A stretch of 63,851 nt of DNA, counting the filler, from Octopus bimaculoides (Eukaryota), in assembly GCF_001194135.2 (NCBI RefSeq). It is 6 parts of 5 records of this genome, joined end to end, with 100 filler letters (N's around TTAATTAATTAA, not from the genome) between each part and the next. Parts side by side here need not be neighbours in the genome. Positions count along the whole stretch, not along the records: positions 1 to 14,271 come from NC_068988.1; 5 more parts are not named here. The stretch is one strand, 5' to 3'. Positions within the stretch are counted from its first letter, which is position 1. The number at the start of each line of letters is the position of its first letter. The notes beneath the pieces were generated by a model. It saw only the letters and a program-made list of their open reading frames with translations, was not told the DNA's origin and ran no database searches. The translations under genes and the position numbers were made by a program. Positions 1 through 13,309 of this stretch are shown here, in pieces.

Positions 1-525
1 GAAGAAAAGAAGAAGACGAAGAAGAAAGAGGAGGAGGAGGAGGAGGGGGAGGAGAATAAGAAGAAGAAGAAGAAGAAGAAGGAAGAGGAGAAGAAGAAGA
101 AGAAGAAAAATAAGAAAAAAGAAGAAAAAGAAGAAGAAAAAGAAGAAAAAGAAGAAAAAGAAGAAGAAAAAGAAGAAAAGAAGAAGACGAAGAAGAAAGA
201 GGAGGAGGAGGAGGAGGGGGAGGAGAATAAGAAGAAGAAGAAGAAGGAAGAGGAGAAGAAGAAGAAGAAGTAAAATAAGAAAAAAGAAGAAAAAGAAGAA
301 GAAAAAGAAAAAAAGAAGAAAAAGAAGAAAAAGAAGAAAAGAAGAAGAAGACGAAGAAGAAGGAGGAGGAGGAGTAAGAGGAGAGGGAGAAGAAAAGAAG
401 AAGAAGAAGAAGAAGAAGTAGAAGAAGAAGAAGAAGAAGAAGAAGAAGGAGGTGGAGAAGAAGAAGAAGAAGAAGAAGAAGAAGAAGAAGAAGAAGAAGA
501 AGAAGAAGAAGAAGAAGAAGAAGAA
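1..525. repeat. Purine-rich (GAA/GAG)n low-complexity tract with a ~170-bp higher-order repeat
   Basis: Near-pure G/A. The block GAAGAAAAGAAGAAGACGAAGAAGAAAGAGGAGGAGG...GGAGAATAAG recurs at ~1 and ~172, with a partial copy at ~333. Confidence 0.95.
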
Positions 526-1360
526 TACCGGAGTGGTGTGACAGTACAAGATGTTGGTGGAATCTTATATCGTCAAGTGATCTAAAAGTGACTCGCTATG
601 GTGGTAATAGTATTGACTGGAGTTGTTCTGAATAAATTCACGAGTAGTGACTGACTGAAGATATCGTGTTTAATATTTGCGTGAGTATTATTCTAAGGTA
701 TTTGTAGTAGTGTCATCTGTGGTGAACGGATTGAAAAGGGGTTTATATTTTGGGATAAAGTTTGACTCTTTACTAATGCGCTAACAAGAGGTTGCATTGT
801 CCATGACTTGAGAGAGGGGAAAATTCTGAACCTGGGTTGTTTGTTATTGGCGGAAATGTTGATGCGTTCACTGAATGCTATTTTTCTGTATTTCCGACTT
901 TTGATTTGGGATCTATGCAGACGTAGACTGTTGTTGCATTGACTTATGTATTGCTTTCAACACCCAGAACAAGTTAATACATATATCAAGTTCTCCAAAG
1001 CATATGTGAAGTTGCTTTTCAATGTAAAACGCTGACTCTGTTTGAAAGTGAATTCTGATTCATCAATTAGGCTGACTCATATACCACAGTTAGATCTTCC
1101 GCATTTTTTTTTCACTAACGACTTCAGTGTTGTCGAGCCTATTCGGGCTTGTGTTAGGAGACTTTTCATAGATTTGGGGTGGCTGTCACTTTTTATGATG
1201 CTGTACGTTTGTAGGATTAAATTCATTCTGTGTTCCCTTTTTAGGAGGGGAATGTTTTGGAGGCTGGTGTCGAAGGCTTCATTGTTAAGAGGGTTGTGTG
1301 TGGAGATATATGGTAGGGTTTTGGTTGTAAATCCTTCTTTAATATACAACCCATCTTGAC
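526..1360 (-). mobile_element. Penelope-like retroelement 3' remnant (GIY-YIG endonuclease region, degenerate)
   Basis: The minus strand reads TLPYISTHNP...KKCGRSNCGI (ORF 1077-1349). After a frame break it reads NFTYALENLIYVLTCSGC*KQYISQCNNSLRLHRSQIK (~900-1030). This matches the CxxC linker and the (G)VIY-CxxC-YIGQ GIY-YIG signature of Penelope-like elements. Confidence 0.8.
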
Positions 1361-1412
1361 TGGGCTGCTGCTATTCAACAGTCTAGACTGTTGAATAGCA
1401 GCCCATCAAGAT
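1353..1412. other. 60-bp near-perfect palindrome (36-bp perfect core 1367-1402)
   Basis: GCTGCTATTCAACAGTCT|AGACTGTTGAATAGCAGC, no loop. The arms extend to ATCTTGA...TCAAGAT with two small indels. Confidence 0.95.
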
Positions 1413-1713
1413 ACTATTTTTCTTCTCTTACTCTTGTTTTTTTGTACACATCTACAAAATGACTTTCTAAAATGAAATTCCATTATGCAGCTGAGGAGTA
1501 CATTTTCATTGCACATTTTATGTAGTGTTCTCACTACATGAATAAATGAAGTGTGTACGAAACGTACGTACTGCTATAGCCTATTGAATTTTTGTTGCTT
1601 TTCTTCAAATTTTATTCACCAAATCTCTTGATTTTGTTTTTGGGTTTTACCCTACCAAATTCTGGTGCCTCAAGCATTTTAAGTACCACGTTTAATCTTT
1701 TGATTAAATCTAT

Positions 1714-1916
<203 letters not shown>

Positions 1917-3668
1917 ATATTATTACATGATTGAAAACTACGCATCAATTTCCAATTAAGTTTATCTTAAGAATTTTGATGCGACTGTAACCTGCACTGT
2001 TCTCTCTCTTCCCTTTCATGTTTTCTCTCTTCGTTTCTCTAATTCTTTTTTCTCCCTTCCTCCCATTTCGTTTTTCTCTCATCATTTCTCTTATTCTTTT
2101 TTCTTCCTTTTACTATTTTATATCTGTATCCTCCTTATTTTCTCCTTTACTCTCTTTCTCTGTCCTTGCTCACATGTGACCATCGTACGTCTTTATTTTC
2201 CTCACGTGATCATCTTTCTTTTCTTTCAGCCAGTCTTACACATCAGACGCATTATTATTCTCAAAGACAATATTCCATTCCTCCAGTATTCGCTTATATT
2301 ACCTCGTCTAGTTAACGGCCCTCTATGTTGGTTTTCGTTCGGTTTGTAGTATGTCTCCACTGTCCTCTTTTTGTCACCAACTTTGACCCTCTGGAAGTGC
2401 CAACTTTTATGTTGGTTCGCGATAGCAACTGCTCTTTTGAAGCCTCAAATTGTCATTAATTCCTCGAAATGAGAAGATGGACAGATGATGAAGTGTCGTT
2501 TTCTTTTATGATATTGTCTTATTTTCCATTTGTTTCTCTCGTTGTACGCATACCAAAGTTTGTCTTCGTATTTATGTTGTTTAAGGTTTGCAGTGACCTG
2601 TATATATATATATATATATNNNNNNNNNNNNNNNNNNNNNNNNNNNNNNNNNNNNNNNNNNNNNNNNNNNNNNNNNNNNNNNNNNNNNNNNNNNNNNNNN
2701 NNNNNNNNNNNNNNNNNNNNNNNNNNNNNNNNNNNNNNNNNNNNNNNNNNNNNNNNNNNNNNNNNNNNNNNNNNNNNNNNNNNNNNNNNNNNNNNNNNNN
2801 NNNNNNNNNNNNNNNNNNNNNNNNNNNNNNNNNNNNNNNNNNNNNNNNNNNNNNNNNNNNNNNNNNNNNNNNNNNNNNNNNNNNNNNNNNNNNNNNNNNN
2901 NNNNNNNNNNNNNNNNNNNNNNNNNNNNNNNNNNNNNNNNNNNNNNNNNNNNNNNNNNNNNNNNNNNNNNNNNNNNNNNNNNNNNNNNNNNNNNNNNNNN
3001 NNNNNNNNNNNNNNNNNNNNNNNNNNNNNNNNNNNNNNNNNNNNNNNNNNNNNNNNNNNNNNNNNNNNNNNNNNNNNNNNNNNNNNNNNNNNNNNNNNNN
3101 NNNNNNNNNNNNNNNNNNNNNNNNNNNNNNNNNNNNNNNNNNNNNNNNNNNNNNNNTGTGTGTGTGCGTGTGTGTATGTGCGTGTGTGTGTGTGTGTATG
3201 TGTGTGTATGTGTGTGTGGATGTGTGTGTGTATGTGTGTGTGTCTGTGTGTGTGTCTCTGTGTGTTTGTGTATGACAACGACTATTTCTTCTAGTTTAAC
3301 TCCATACATTTTGGCTAGACAAAACAGATTGTGAATGTATATCTTGTAGAACATTGCAGCATTACAGCATCGAAATGCATTGCTAACTGTGCAGTAAATT
3401 GCTAAGACTTTATCGCACCAAATTGCGAGAATGCATCAAACAGAACGTTTCTGAGCAGTTTCGTATGTTGTTAAAGAGAACATTTGCAGATATATTCATA
3501 AATCATTATTCTAGCTTATCAGAAACATAAGATTTTTTAAACCAGGAAATGTAGTATGAAACTTGCAGAGGAGCTGCATACTTCTGTACTCCACGTTGGT
3601 ACTGATATTGCATATTATAACTGTATATCTATGCCTATGCTTTTGCATACACACAAAAACATAACATA

Positions 3669-3702
<34 letters not shown>

Positions 3703-3716
3703 CATATATATATATA

Positions 3717-3758
<42 letters not shown>

Positions 3759-4321
3759 TGTGTGTTATATACTTATTCATTTGTCTTCTATCCATAACTA
3801 TTTTCTTCCCTCTGTACATATACATGCACTGACGCGTACAGAGATATCTGTGCGTATAATACAAAAACACACAAGCATGCACACACCCACATACACACAC
3901 ATACGTATATTTATCGGTTAATTTTTCATCGAGAGCTACCCACGCACATGTTTACTAAATGGTTGCTTTGTACATTAAATAATTGTAAGTGATTTTAATT
4001 AAACGTTTTGAAACAATTATTTATACTTATGTCACGGATAGTGCATAATTACCTCCAGCTGCGTATAATATCAGTTTGCATGAAATACTAAAAAGTAATA
4101 CTTAAACATTATAATTCTTTTTTTAATGATAAAGCTTCAGAATTGATTTTACAATTATATTTAAGATATGTGTGACTTCAAAATATTTTTCAGGAAACGA
4201 GTACATAAACACACTCACGCAGGTATAACTACACACTGGCATGCAAACTCATACATATATACACACAAATGTGTAACTACATATACATTTATATATGTGT
4301 GTGTGCGTTATTAAAGACATA

Positions 4322-4364
<43 letters not shown>

Positions 4365-6231
4365 NNNNNNNNNNNNNNNNNNNNNNNNNNNNNNNNNNNN
4401 NNNNNNNNNNNNNNNNNNNNNNNNNNNNNNNNNNNNNNNNNNNNNNNNNNNNNNNNNNNNNNNNNNNNNNNNNNNNNNNNNNNNNNNNNNNNNNNNNNNN
4501 NNNNNNNNNNNNNNNNNNNNNNNNNNNNNNNNNNNNNNNNNNNNNNNNNNNNNNNNNNNNNNNNNNNNNNNNNNNNNNNNNNNNNNNNNNNNNNNNNNNN
4601 NNNNNNNNNNNNNNNNNNNNNNNNNNNNNNNNNNNNNNNNNNNNNNNNNNNNNNNNNNNNNNNNNNNNNNNNNNNNNNNNNNNNNNNNNNNNNNNNNNNN
4701 NNNNNNNNNNNNNNNNNNNNNNNNNNNNNNNNNNNNNNNNNNNNNNNNNNNNNNNNNNNNNNNNNNNNNNNNNNNNNNNNNNNNNNNNNNNNNNNNNNNN
4801 NNNNNNNNNNNNNNNNNNNNNNNNNNNNNNNNNNNNNNNNNNNNNNNNNNNNNNNNNNNNNNNNNNNNNNNNNNNNNNNNNNNNNNNNNNNNNNNNNNNN
4901 NNNNNNNNNNNNNNNNNNNNNNNNNNNNNNNNNNNNNNNNNNNNNNNNNNNNNNNNNNNNNNNNNNNNNNNNNNNNNNNNNNNNNNNNNNNNNNNNNNNN
5001 NNNNNNNNNNNNNNNNNNNNNNNNNNNNNNNNNNNNNNNNNNNNNNNNNNNNNNNNNNNNNNNNNNNNNNNNNNNNNNNNNNNNNNNNNNNNNNNNNNAT
5101 ATATATATATATATATAAAGTATGCACATATACATATATGAGAACCATATATGTATATATGAGAATCATATCAAAATGTGGGATTATTTAAAAAAAAATA
5201 GCCTGAATGTTATTTCTATAGTGGGAAATACTCAAAGAAATATATTTTTTTTTTTATATTTCTTTAATTATCAGAAATAACAACCAAAGTGGCCTGGAAT
5301 CAGAAAGCGCTTTGAAAAGCTTAGACGATAAAATAGCCTTCGAAACACTATTTACATCTCTGTTTGTGTAGATAGAAATACTGACATATAACATTAAACC
5401 TGTCCTAAGGAACCGAGATTCCTCTTGAATATAATCGATCCTCCACAAAAAAAAAGTAATCGAAAATAAATATAGTCATAAGTTTACGAAAAATAACATT
5501 AAACAGCTCTTGAGAAGGATATATCAAAGACATGTCTAATTTGACCAAATGTGTCGGAGATCTGAATTATAATGAAATGAAAAATATTTGAATATTGTAG
5601 AGGAATTGGCAGTAAAACAATTCGAAAATGAGGCTAACGTTGAATCTTCTGTTATATACGAAAGCGACTGTTCTGTACCAAGATGTAAAAATGTATTACT
5701 GCATTACTTACATTTTTTTTTTTAATACACAACATAAAATCATATATAAACAAATAATCTATTCAAAATTCAATAATATGGAGTTCTAAAACATAATTAA
5801 ATCGCAAAATGAAAATGAATTAAAAGTTTAAAGAAGCCATGTAATTGAGAGATAATGAGTTTTATAAATACAGGGTTCTATCTACGAAAGAAGATAATAC
5901 GCGTGATGAATAGACTGAAATCTAGAACAAATAGAATATTCGTATAATCTTCTTTCTCAATAAAATACTACCGACTGAGAATATAATTAATATTAAGGGA
6001 AATAAATCTCTTACTATAGGTTGTTATCAATGTTTTATATTAAGATACGAAGTATGTATATGTATTAATATTTTACCATAAAATAAGTTTTAAATATATA
6101 TCTGGCTAATATTTGAAAACCCCAGCAGACTAGTTTTTTTGTTTCTATACATCTGATATAAGCCATTTTTCGAAAACATTAAAATGTTTTGTAAGAGATA
6201 ATCTAGGTCTAGTTAACTATTCTAGTTAACT

Positions 6232-6419
6232 ATTCTTTTCTGCTCGAAGTACAAGGCCTCAATTTTTTGGGGAAGACCCAAGTACGCAACTGGTACTTAT
6301 TTTAGTGACACTGAAGGAATGAAATCGGTATCGTGGGAATTTGATCTAAGAACATAAAGACAGACGAAATACCACTAATCATTTCGCCAGGTGTGCAAAT
6401 ATTTCTGCCATCTCGCTGC
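6232..6419 (-). mobile_element. SINE family B, degenerate copy
   Basis: The reverse complement matches the intact copy at 45728-45940 (GGCAGAA head, TCTGTCTTTATGTTCT, AAGTACCAGTTGCGTACT, GGCCTTGTAC tail). Confidence 0.75.
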
Positions 6420-9400
6420 TTTAATTGATGTTAAATATTAAACCATTTGCTATAATGTACATACAAACCACCTCATGAATACGGTATAGGCATAATAAAG
6501 TACTGGCTGAAGAACATACAGAAACATACAGAAAATAATCATGAAGAACGACAGGAACTGCAGTAGCCCCCGTATACAAAACAGACTGCATTTCATGAAT
6601 ATGTGAAAACTACCATGTTCCAATGCAGTTTATAGAGAAACATTAGAATAATATGGGAAATGCCTGTATTAGTATGAAAAGAGAATTCTATACGAAAGCT
6701 TGATTTTGTAGTGTAACAACATGGAAGACTTAATGGAAGTAGACACTATTATTTTATGAAATAAATATCAATATTAAACATAGAAAGGAATAGAAGAAAT
6801 ACAGTTTAGATCCTTTTTGCGACGAAAAGAAATTATTTAAGGCACGCAGGAAAGGATATATACACACGTACCCAGACATAGAAAGACACAGACCTCCGTA
6901 TATACATGTATATGAAGCTATATATAAACTCAGTATAGTTTTTATGCAGTATTACCTGTTATATAAATGCTTTTAATTGATTCTTTTCTTTTGTAAGGCC
7001 AAAATAATCCAAGTGATAACACATATTACAGGTCGATGGTTAATACATTTACCCAGTATTTCAATATTTCAAGTTTAGTATGCTTCAGAAAATCTTTAGA
7101 TAAATGATGTTGTGAACCGTACTTTAAAAAAAAAACTTCTATTGGTTTGTAATTAGTGCCACATTAATAGACTATAGGATAAAAGAAGGCAAGACATCTG
7201 ATGAACAGAATGTTAAACAATAAAAAAATTCTTATGAGTAAATTCAATAAGTTATCGCATGTTTCTGTTAAGACATTCATAAACAACGACGTATATAACA
7301 CTATATTTCATATGATACCCATACAATAAACAGATGCCAGCATGAAGTGAATTTTAAAACTATTTACAATATAAAAATATTTCAACGAAAACTATCCAAA
7401 GATATTAAAAATACCTAGATAGTATATGAACAACATGGATGACACAAATCTGGAACATCCTCCAACTTTTCTAAATTATCAGATTTCTATTGTAAAGAAA
7501 AATAAACTTAAAAAGAAAGAAGTTCACAATATGGAGTAAATTATGACTCATAAAGACATAAAAGATAATGATAAAATTTGAGAAGTAATTCGATTTCTAA
7601 GCTATGCAAAAATATTATTAAAACTTTAAGTGTTAATAATCATCACCAGAATATAAAATCCTACTTTCTATGTGTTCTTTCGAAATATCTGACGTGTTTT
7701 AGTACGTTAAGATATCTGCGTATATTGAACTATATGTGCTGCTTCTGTCGACGTGTAAGTACAAAATACATTGCGTGCATTTAGTCTATTTCTGTTTAAT
7801 ACTTCAAATATTCCGATTTCGTGAGGCTATTGAGCCAAAGTATTTAAATTTATTTGATGTTTTCTAATACGAAAATCACCTGGATTACGAATCCTCATTT
7901 ACGATAAGGTAAATATGTTTCAAATGTGAGAAAGCTCTCTTCACTTGAAGTTATCAAATTAAATCGTCTTGTTTAAATATTAGAAACAATAAAAATACTC
8001 GCAAAATATTAGAATATTATAACCAGCTTAACTATATACGTAATCTTTCTACAAAAGTCAGAATTAATATTATATTTTGTACAACTTTTTAAACACGTTT
8101 TTGAAAGCCAATAAGTTATTGACACTATAAACCAAAATATCTCATTGTAACTTTTGTATAATGCATCGTCAATGAATAGTGGATGAGCTCTCTGAACACA
8201 ATTAATGAAGCAAATTTCTGTATCCCATTTTCATTACCATGCATCCTTTATTCATGAGCTATGACGGTAGGTATCAACGCACACAGTTTTAGATTACAAA
8301 ACGCCGGACAAAATAAAACGGTTTCTGTATCTATAACCAACGCCTATTGCATATACAAAGGGAAGTATTTCATATAGAAGTATTAGGTCCGTTTCTTGTT
8401 TAATTTATTACTTCACAATCAAGAAATTGTAGAATTTGAAAAGGAATAGATAAAGCGTATAATTTTATTTACAATGATCTAAAGGCTCAAATGATATCAT
8501 GTGTCACATTCGTTCGGATGCAAAATCAACCAAACGTAAACTCTACTGTTAGCTTATTCTACTGTGAGTTTAAGCTGTGTAGCTTGTACTCTTCATGGAT
8601 CTCTTAATTTCGGTACCTTATAAACATAAATCGTTCCTGACAGAAAACAATCGAAAGTACACTGTCACTGCTAGTATTTTATGAGAACCTCTTTTTATAC
8701 TGATACCTAGATGTATTTGGAGTGTTGATTGTTTATAGTATTACTAAAGGGTACACTGAAGGAGTCATTGCAGTGTCACTATGCAAAGGTTTAAGTCTAA
8801 ATTTAAAATGTGTCGAGTATGCATTTGGTAAATTACTAGTCTATAAGTTGAATAAGTTTAATAAAATGTACATTGTATTTCCAAGAAACAAAAATAAAAT
8901 CATGCTGGACAAAGTATGTACATAATTCTTGGTCTCCAGTATTGAAATAAGTATTGAGCTCTTGCGATATTGTCTCTATTTTTCTTGTGTGTATGTGTGT
9001 GTGAGTGTTTTACGTGGTAGAATTATTTTTTCTATGGCGTAGATGACAACTTTAAAGGCTTCATTTTTTTGTTCATCGAGTTCTGTGTTGCGAAATAGTT
9101 TATCTGGTTATAGAGGATCCAACGTCGGATACTGTGTTATAATTACTTAATTTTTGATAATATGGTTTCTTTTTAATTATAAATCTGAATTGTCAAGAGG
9201 TTTTCAAATGCTAATTTCTATTAAAAATTACATTCCACATGATACATTTTATGACACAATTACTGTTTATCTCAGAAAGCATAATTATAGATCATATTAA
9301 AATATTAAATTCTATTTAGAATTTTGACACAAAAATATATACGTGATAAATATATCAGATAGCAGCAATATATAAATATATATGTATATGTGTGTGTGTT

Positions 9401-9931
9401 TGTTGACTCAGTGGTGAACAAAAATAGCAAATAGCATTATCCAAATTGCTGAAGATACCACAGACATAGAATTAATATATAAATTATAGAAAAAATTATA
9501 TTCATCTCATGCAAATTTTCAAATGTATTATTTGTGAACATGTGAAAGCTTAATATCATACAATTTTAATTTCAAATAACTTTCATATATGGCAGATAAG
9601 CCTGATATAATAGTTGAGAGTTATATGTTCGTGCTATAACTTGAGAGTATGAATTACTATGCTGATATCTATAGGGTATTACGAATCTCAGATATCTAAG
9701 ATGAGTGATAAGAGACTGAAATAACATTTTGTGTTATCAGGATCAACAGCTGCAAAGTGGGTAATGTGGAATTGGCTTCAAATTTTTGTGTTTTAATTGT
9801 TTTCCTTAATGAGATTACTTCAGGATATTGAAATACTCTTGAAGTTAAAATTTTGATAACATTGATGAAAAAACACTTTCTGTGGACAGCATTTAAAGAA
9901 TAACGCAATTAATTATTTTCTCCTTTAACAG

Positions 9932-10071
9932 ATAATCCGGATATGCTTTTTAGTGGTTCTTCTTCGCCCTTATTGCTGACTTCACCAGTGAGAAATTTAT
10001 CCTCTGCTTATGATGCTAACGAGAGTAGAGAAGAACCATATTTGGTGTATTCTATGAAGATATCGATGTAG
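9932..10071 (+). other. Candidate (terminal) coding exon, unassigned
   Basis: Acceptor TTATTTTCTCCTTTAACAG, then an open frame NPDMLFSGSSSPLLLTSPVRNLSSAYDANESREEPYLVYSMKISM*. No homology recognised. Confidence 0.2.
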
Positions 10072-10194
10072 ATTTCAGAGACATAAGCTTTCATCTAACC
10101 ACTGAATTATACGAATAAGATACGTTACTTGGAATCAATCAACATTATATTTCACCACATAATTAAAGGAACAGATTTTCTATTTAATGGTACC

Positions 10195-10324
10195 TTTTGA
10201 GATTGCTACGAAGTTGGATAATTGAATATTGCAGATTTGAGGTAAATTTTGAGATTGCTACGAATGGTAAATTTTGAGATTGCTACGAGGTTGGATGATT
10301 GAATATTGCAGATTTGAGGTAGAT
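10195..10324 (+). repeat. Local tandem duplication: ~52-bp unit, truncated unit, ~52-bp unit
   Basis: TTTGAGATTGCTACGA occurs three times. The first and third copies continue G/AGTTGGAT(A/G)ATTGAATATTGCAGATTTGAGGTA. Confidence 0.9.
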
Positions 10325-10640
10325 GATTTTAAATGTTAATGGAAATAATTTTTCAGATAAATCCTTTTCTATTAACAACAAAATTTCGGCGGAATATTGG
10401 CGGTTGAATAATCCTCTTTAATCTTAAAGTATGGTATAAATTCATTGACTCAATGTAGGCAAATAGTTTATGAGAAAACACTAAATACTGGATAAAATTT
10501 TCAAAATGACAAGCAGAACAAATACGGAGGTGACGTTAGTTTCTGCATTATTGAAAATTTCTGTGATTTCGATGTTATATGTTACCTCACGCAATGTCTA
10601 ATTTAATCTTCGACATATTTCCTAATTCAAAGTATATATA

Positions 10641-10895
10641 CTTTTTAATATTCTCCCAAAGAGTCTGAGGAACCTGCACAAAGTAGATATAGGAATTGTT
10701 AAATCAAAGCTGGACCTCTTCCTGTCGAGAGTCCCAGACGAACCTACCTCACGGCAGGAGGTGCAGATGAGGGTAGCTATATCAAACTCCATTCTTCACT
10801 AAGTTCCACACATTGGAGGAGGCTCTCAGTAATAACAATGTAGCAAGACGGCGGTGCACCAGCATGGCCGCAGCTCTGTGCTGAAACTACAAAAC
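10641..10895 (+). mobile_element. CR1/L2-type LINE 3' end (ORF2 C-terminus plus 3' UTR)
   Basis: 10641-10802 translates without internal stops as LFNILPKSLRNLHKVDIGIVKSKLDLFLSRVPDEPTSRQEVQMRVAISNSILH*. This fits the LFNxLP...FKxxLDxFLxxxPD C-terminal pattern of CR1/L2-group ORF2. A 3' UTR follows and ends in A-rich/TA repeats. Confidence 0.75.
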
Positions 10896-10896
10896 A

Positions 10897-10933
<37 letters not shown>

Positions 10934-12170
10934 NNNNNNNNNNNNNNNNNNNNNNNNNNNNNNNNNNNNNNNNNNNNNNNNNNNNNNNNNNNNNNNNNNN
11001 NNNNNNNNNNNNNNNNNNNNNNNNNNNNNNNNNNNNNNNNNNNNNNNNNNNNNNNNNNNNNNNNNNNNNNNNNNNNNNNNNNNNNNNNNNNNNNNNNNNN
11101 NNNNNNNNNNNNNNNNNNNNNNNNNNNNNNNNNNNNNNNNNNNNNNNNNNNNNNNNNNNNNNNNNNNNNNNNNNNNNNNNNNNNNNNNNNNNNNNNNNNN
11201 NNNNNNNNNNNNNNNNNNNNNNNNNNNNNNNNNNNNNNNNNNNNNNNNNNNNNNNNNNNNNNNNNNNNNNNNNNNNNNNNNNNNNNNNNNNNNNNNNNNN
11301 NNNNNNNNNNNNNNNNNNNNNNNNNNNNNNNNNNNNNNNNNNNNNNNNNNNNNNNNNNNNNNNNNNNNNNNNNNNNNNNNNNNNNNNNNNNNNNNNNNNN
11401 NNNNNNNNNNNNNNNNNNNNNNNNNNNNNNNNNNNNNNNNNNNNNNNNNNNNNNNNNNNNNNNNNNNNNNNNNNNNNNNNNNNNNNNNNNNNNNNNNNNN
11501 NNNNNNNNNNNNNNNNNNNNNNNNNNNNNNNNNNNNNNNNNNNNNNNNNNNNNNNNNNNNNNNNNNNNNNNNNNNNNNNNNNNNNNNNNNNNNNNNNNNN
11601 NNNNNNNNNNNNNNNNNNNNNNNNNNNNNNNNNNNNNNNNNNNNNNNNNNNNNNNNNNNNNNNNNNNNNNNNNNNATATATATATATATATATATATATA
11701 TAAACACACACACACACACAAACATACATATACACACACACCCACACACACATACGCATATATATGCGTGTGTGCGTATGTATGCATGTATATATGTACG
11801 TATATAGTACATATATATGTGTGTATATATAACCGGCCGTATTTTAGTAACCGAGTTATGTTTCGTAACGTAATGCTCTACTATCTACAAATTGGCTTAG
11901 GATTCTTAATAATACCAAGCAAGCTTTCAACAAAAAAGTCTCTCAACCTTACAGTTGACTTAGTAGAACGATAGGATATGACAACAAGAATTACACAGAA
12001 TTATTAATTGGTAATCACTACTATGTAACATGAAGTGACTTGATGAAAAGCTATGCGCAATATCCGTGTCAGGCGTGCAATGCTTCACCTTATGAACATG
12101 ATCGGAAGACCATTGTCACGAAGTCTCGCACAGTCGTATGATTATATACATATACATAGCTACACACACA

Positions 12171-12222
<52 letters not shown>

Positions 12223-13193
12223 NNNNNNNNNNNNNNNNNNNNNNNNNNNNNNNNNNNNNNNNNNNNNNNNNNNNNNNNNNNNNNNNNNNNNNNNNNNNNN
12301 NNNNNNNNNNNNNNNNNNNNNNNNNNNNNNNNNNNNNNNNNNNNNNNNNNNNNNNNNNNNNNNNNNNNNNNNNNNNNNNNNNNNNNNNNNNNNNNNNNNN
12401 NNNNNNNNNNNNNNNNNNNNNNNNNNNNNNNNNNNNNNNNNNNNNNNNNNNNNNNNNNNNNNNNNNNNNNNNNNNNNNNNNNNNNNNNNNNNNNNNNNNN
12501 NNNNNNNNNNNNNNNNNNNNNNNNNNNNNNNNNNNNNNNNNNNNNNNNNNNNNNNNNNNNNNNNNNNNNNNNNNNNNNNNNNNNNNNNNNNNNNNNNNNN
12601 NNNNNNNNNNNNNNNNNNNNNNNNNNNNNNNNNNNNNNNNNNNNNNNNNNNNNNNNNNNNNNNNNNNNNNNNNNNNNNNNNNNNNNNNNNNNNNNNNNNN
12701 NNNNNNNNNNNNNNNNNNNNNNNNNNNNNNNNNNNNNNNNNNNNNNNNNNNNNNNNNNNNNNNNNNNNNNNNNNNNNNNNNNNNNNNNNNNNNNNNNNNN
12801 NNNNNNNNNNNNNNNNNNNNNNNNNNNNNNNNNNNNNNNNNNNNNNNNNNNNNNNNNNNNNNNNNNNNNNNNNNNNNNNNNNNNNNNNNNNNNNNNNNNN
12901 NNNNNNNNNNNNNNNNNNNNNNNNNNNNNNNNNNNNNNNNNNNNNNNNNNNNNNNNNNNNNNNNNNNNNNNNNNNNNNNNNNNNNNNNNNNNNNNNNNNN
13001 NNNNNNNNNNNNNNNNNNNNNNNNNNNNNNNNNNNNNNNNNNNNNNNNNNNNNNNNNNNNNNNNNNNNNNNNNNNNNNNNNNNNNNNNNNNNNNNNNNNN
13101 NNNNNNNNNNNNNNNNNNNNNNNNNNNNNNNNNNNNNNNNNNNNNNNNNNNNNNNNNNNNNNNNNNNATATATATATATATAAAGGACTTATT

Positions 13194-13230
<37 letters not shown>

Positions 13231-13309
13231 TATGTATATATATATAAATATATATATACATACATCTCTAGTCTTATATTAAGCGACCCTAATCTAGCAG
13301 TATAAATAG

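Noticed and set aside
2230-2450. Acceptor after a long pyrimidine tract, possible exon
   Set aside because: All frames stop within ~40 codons, there is no convincing donor, and no recognisable peptide.
6838-6847. TAAGGCACGC matches the start of miR-124
   Set aside because: The match stops after 10 nt and there is no hairpin.
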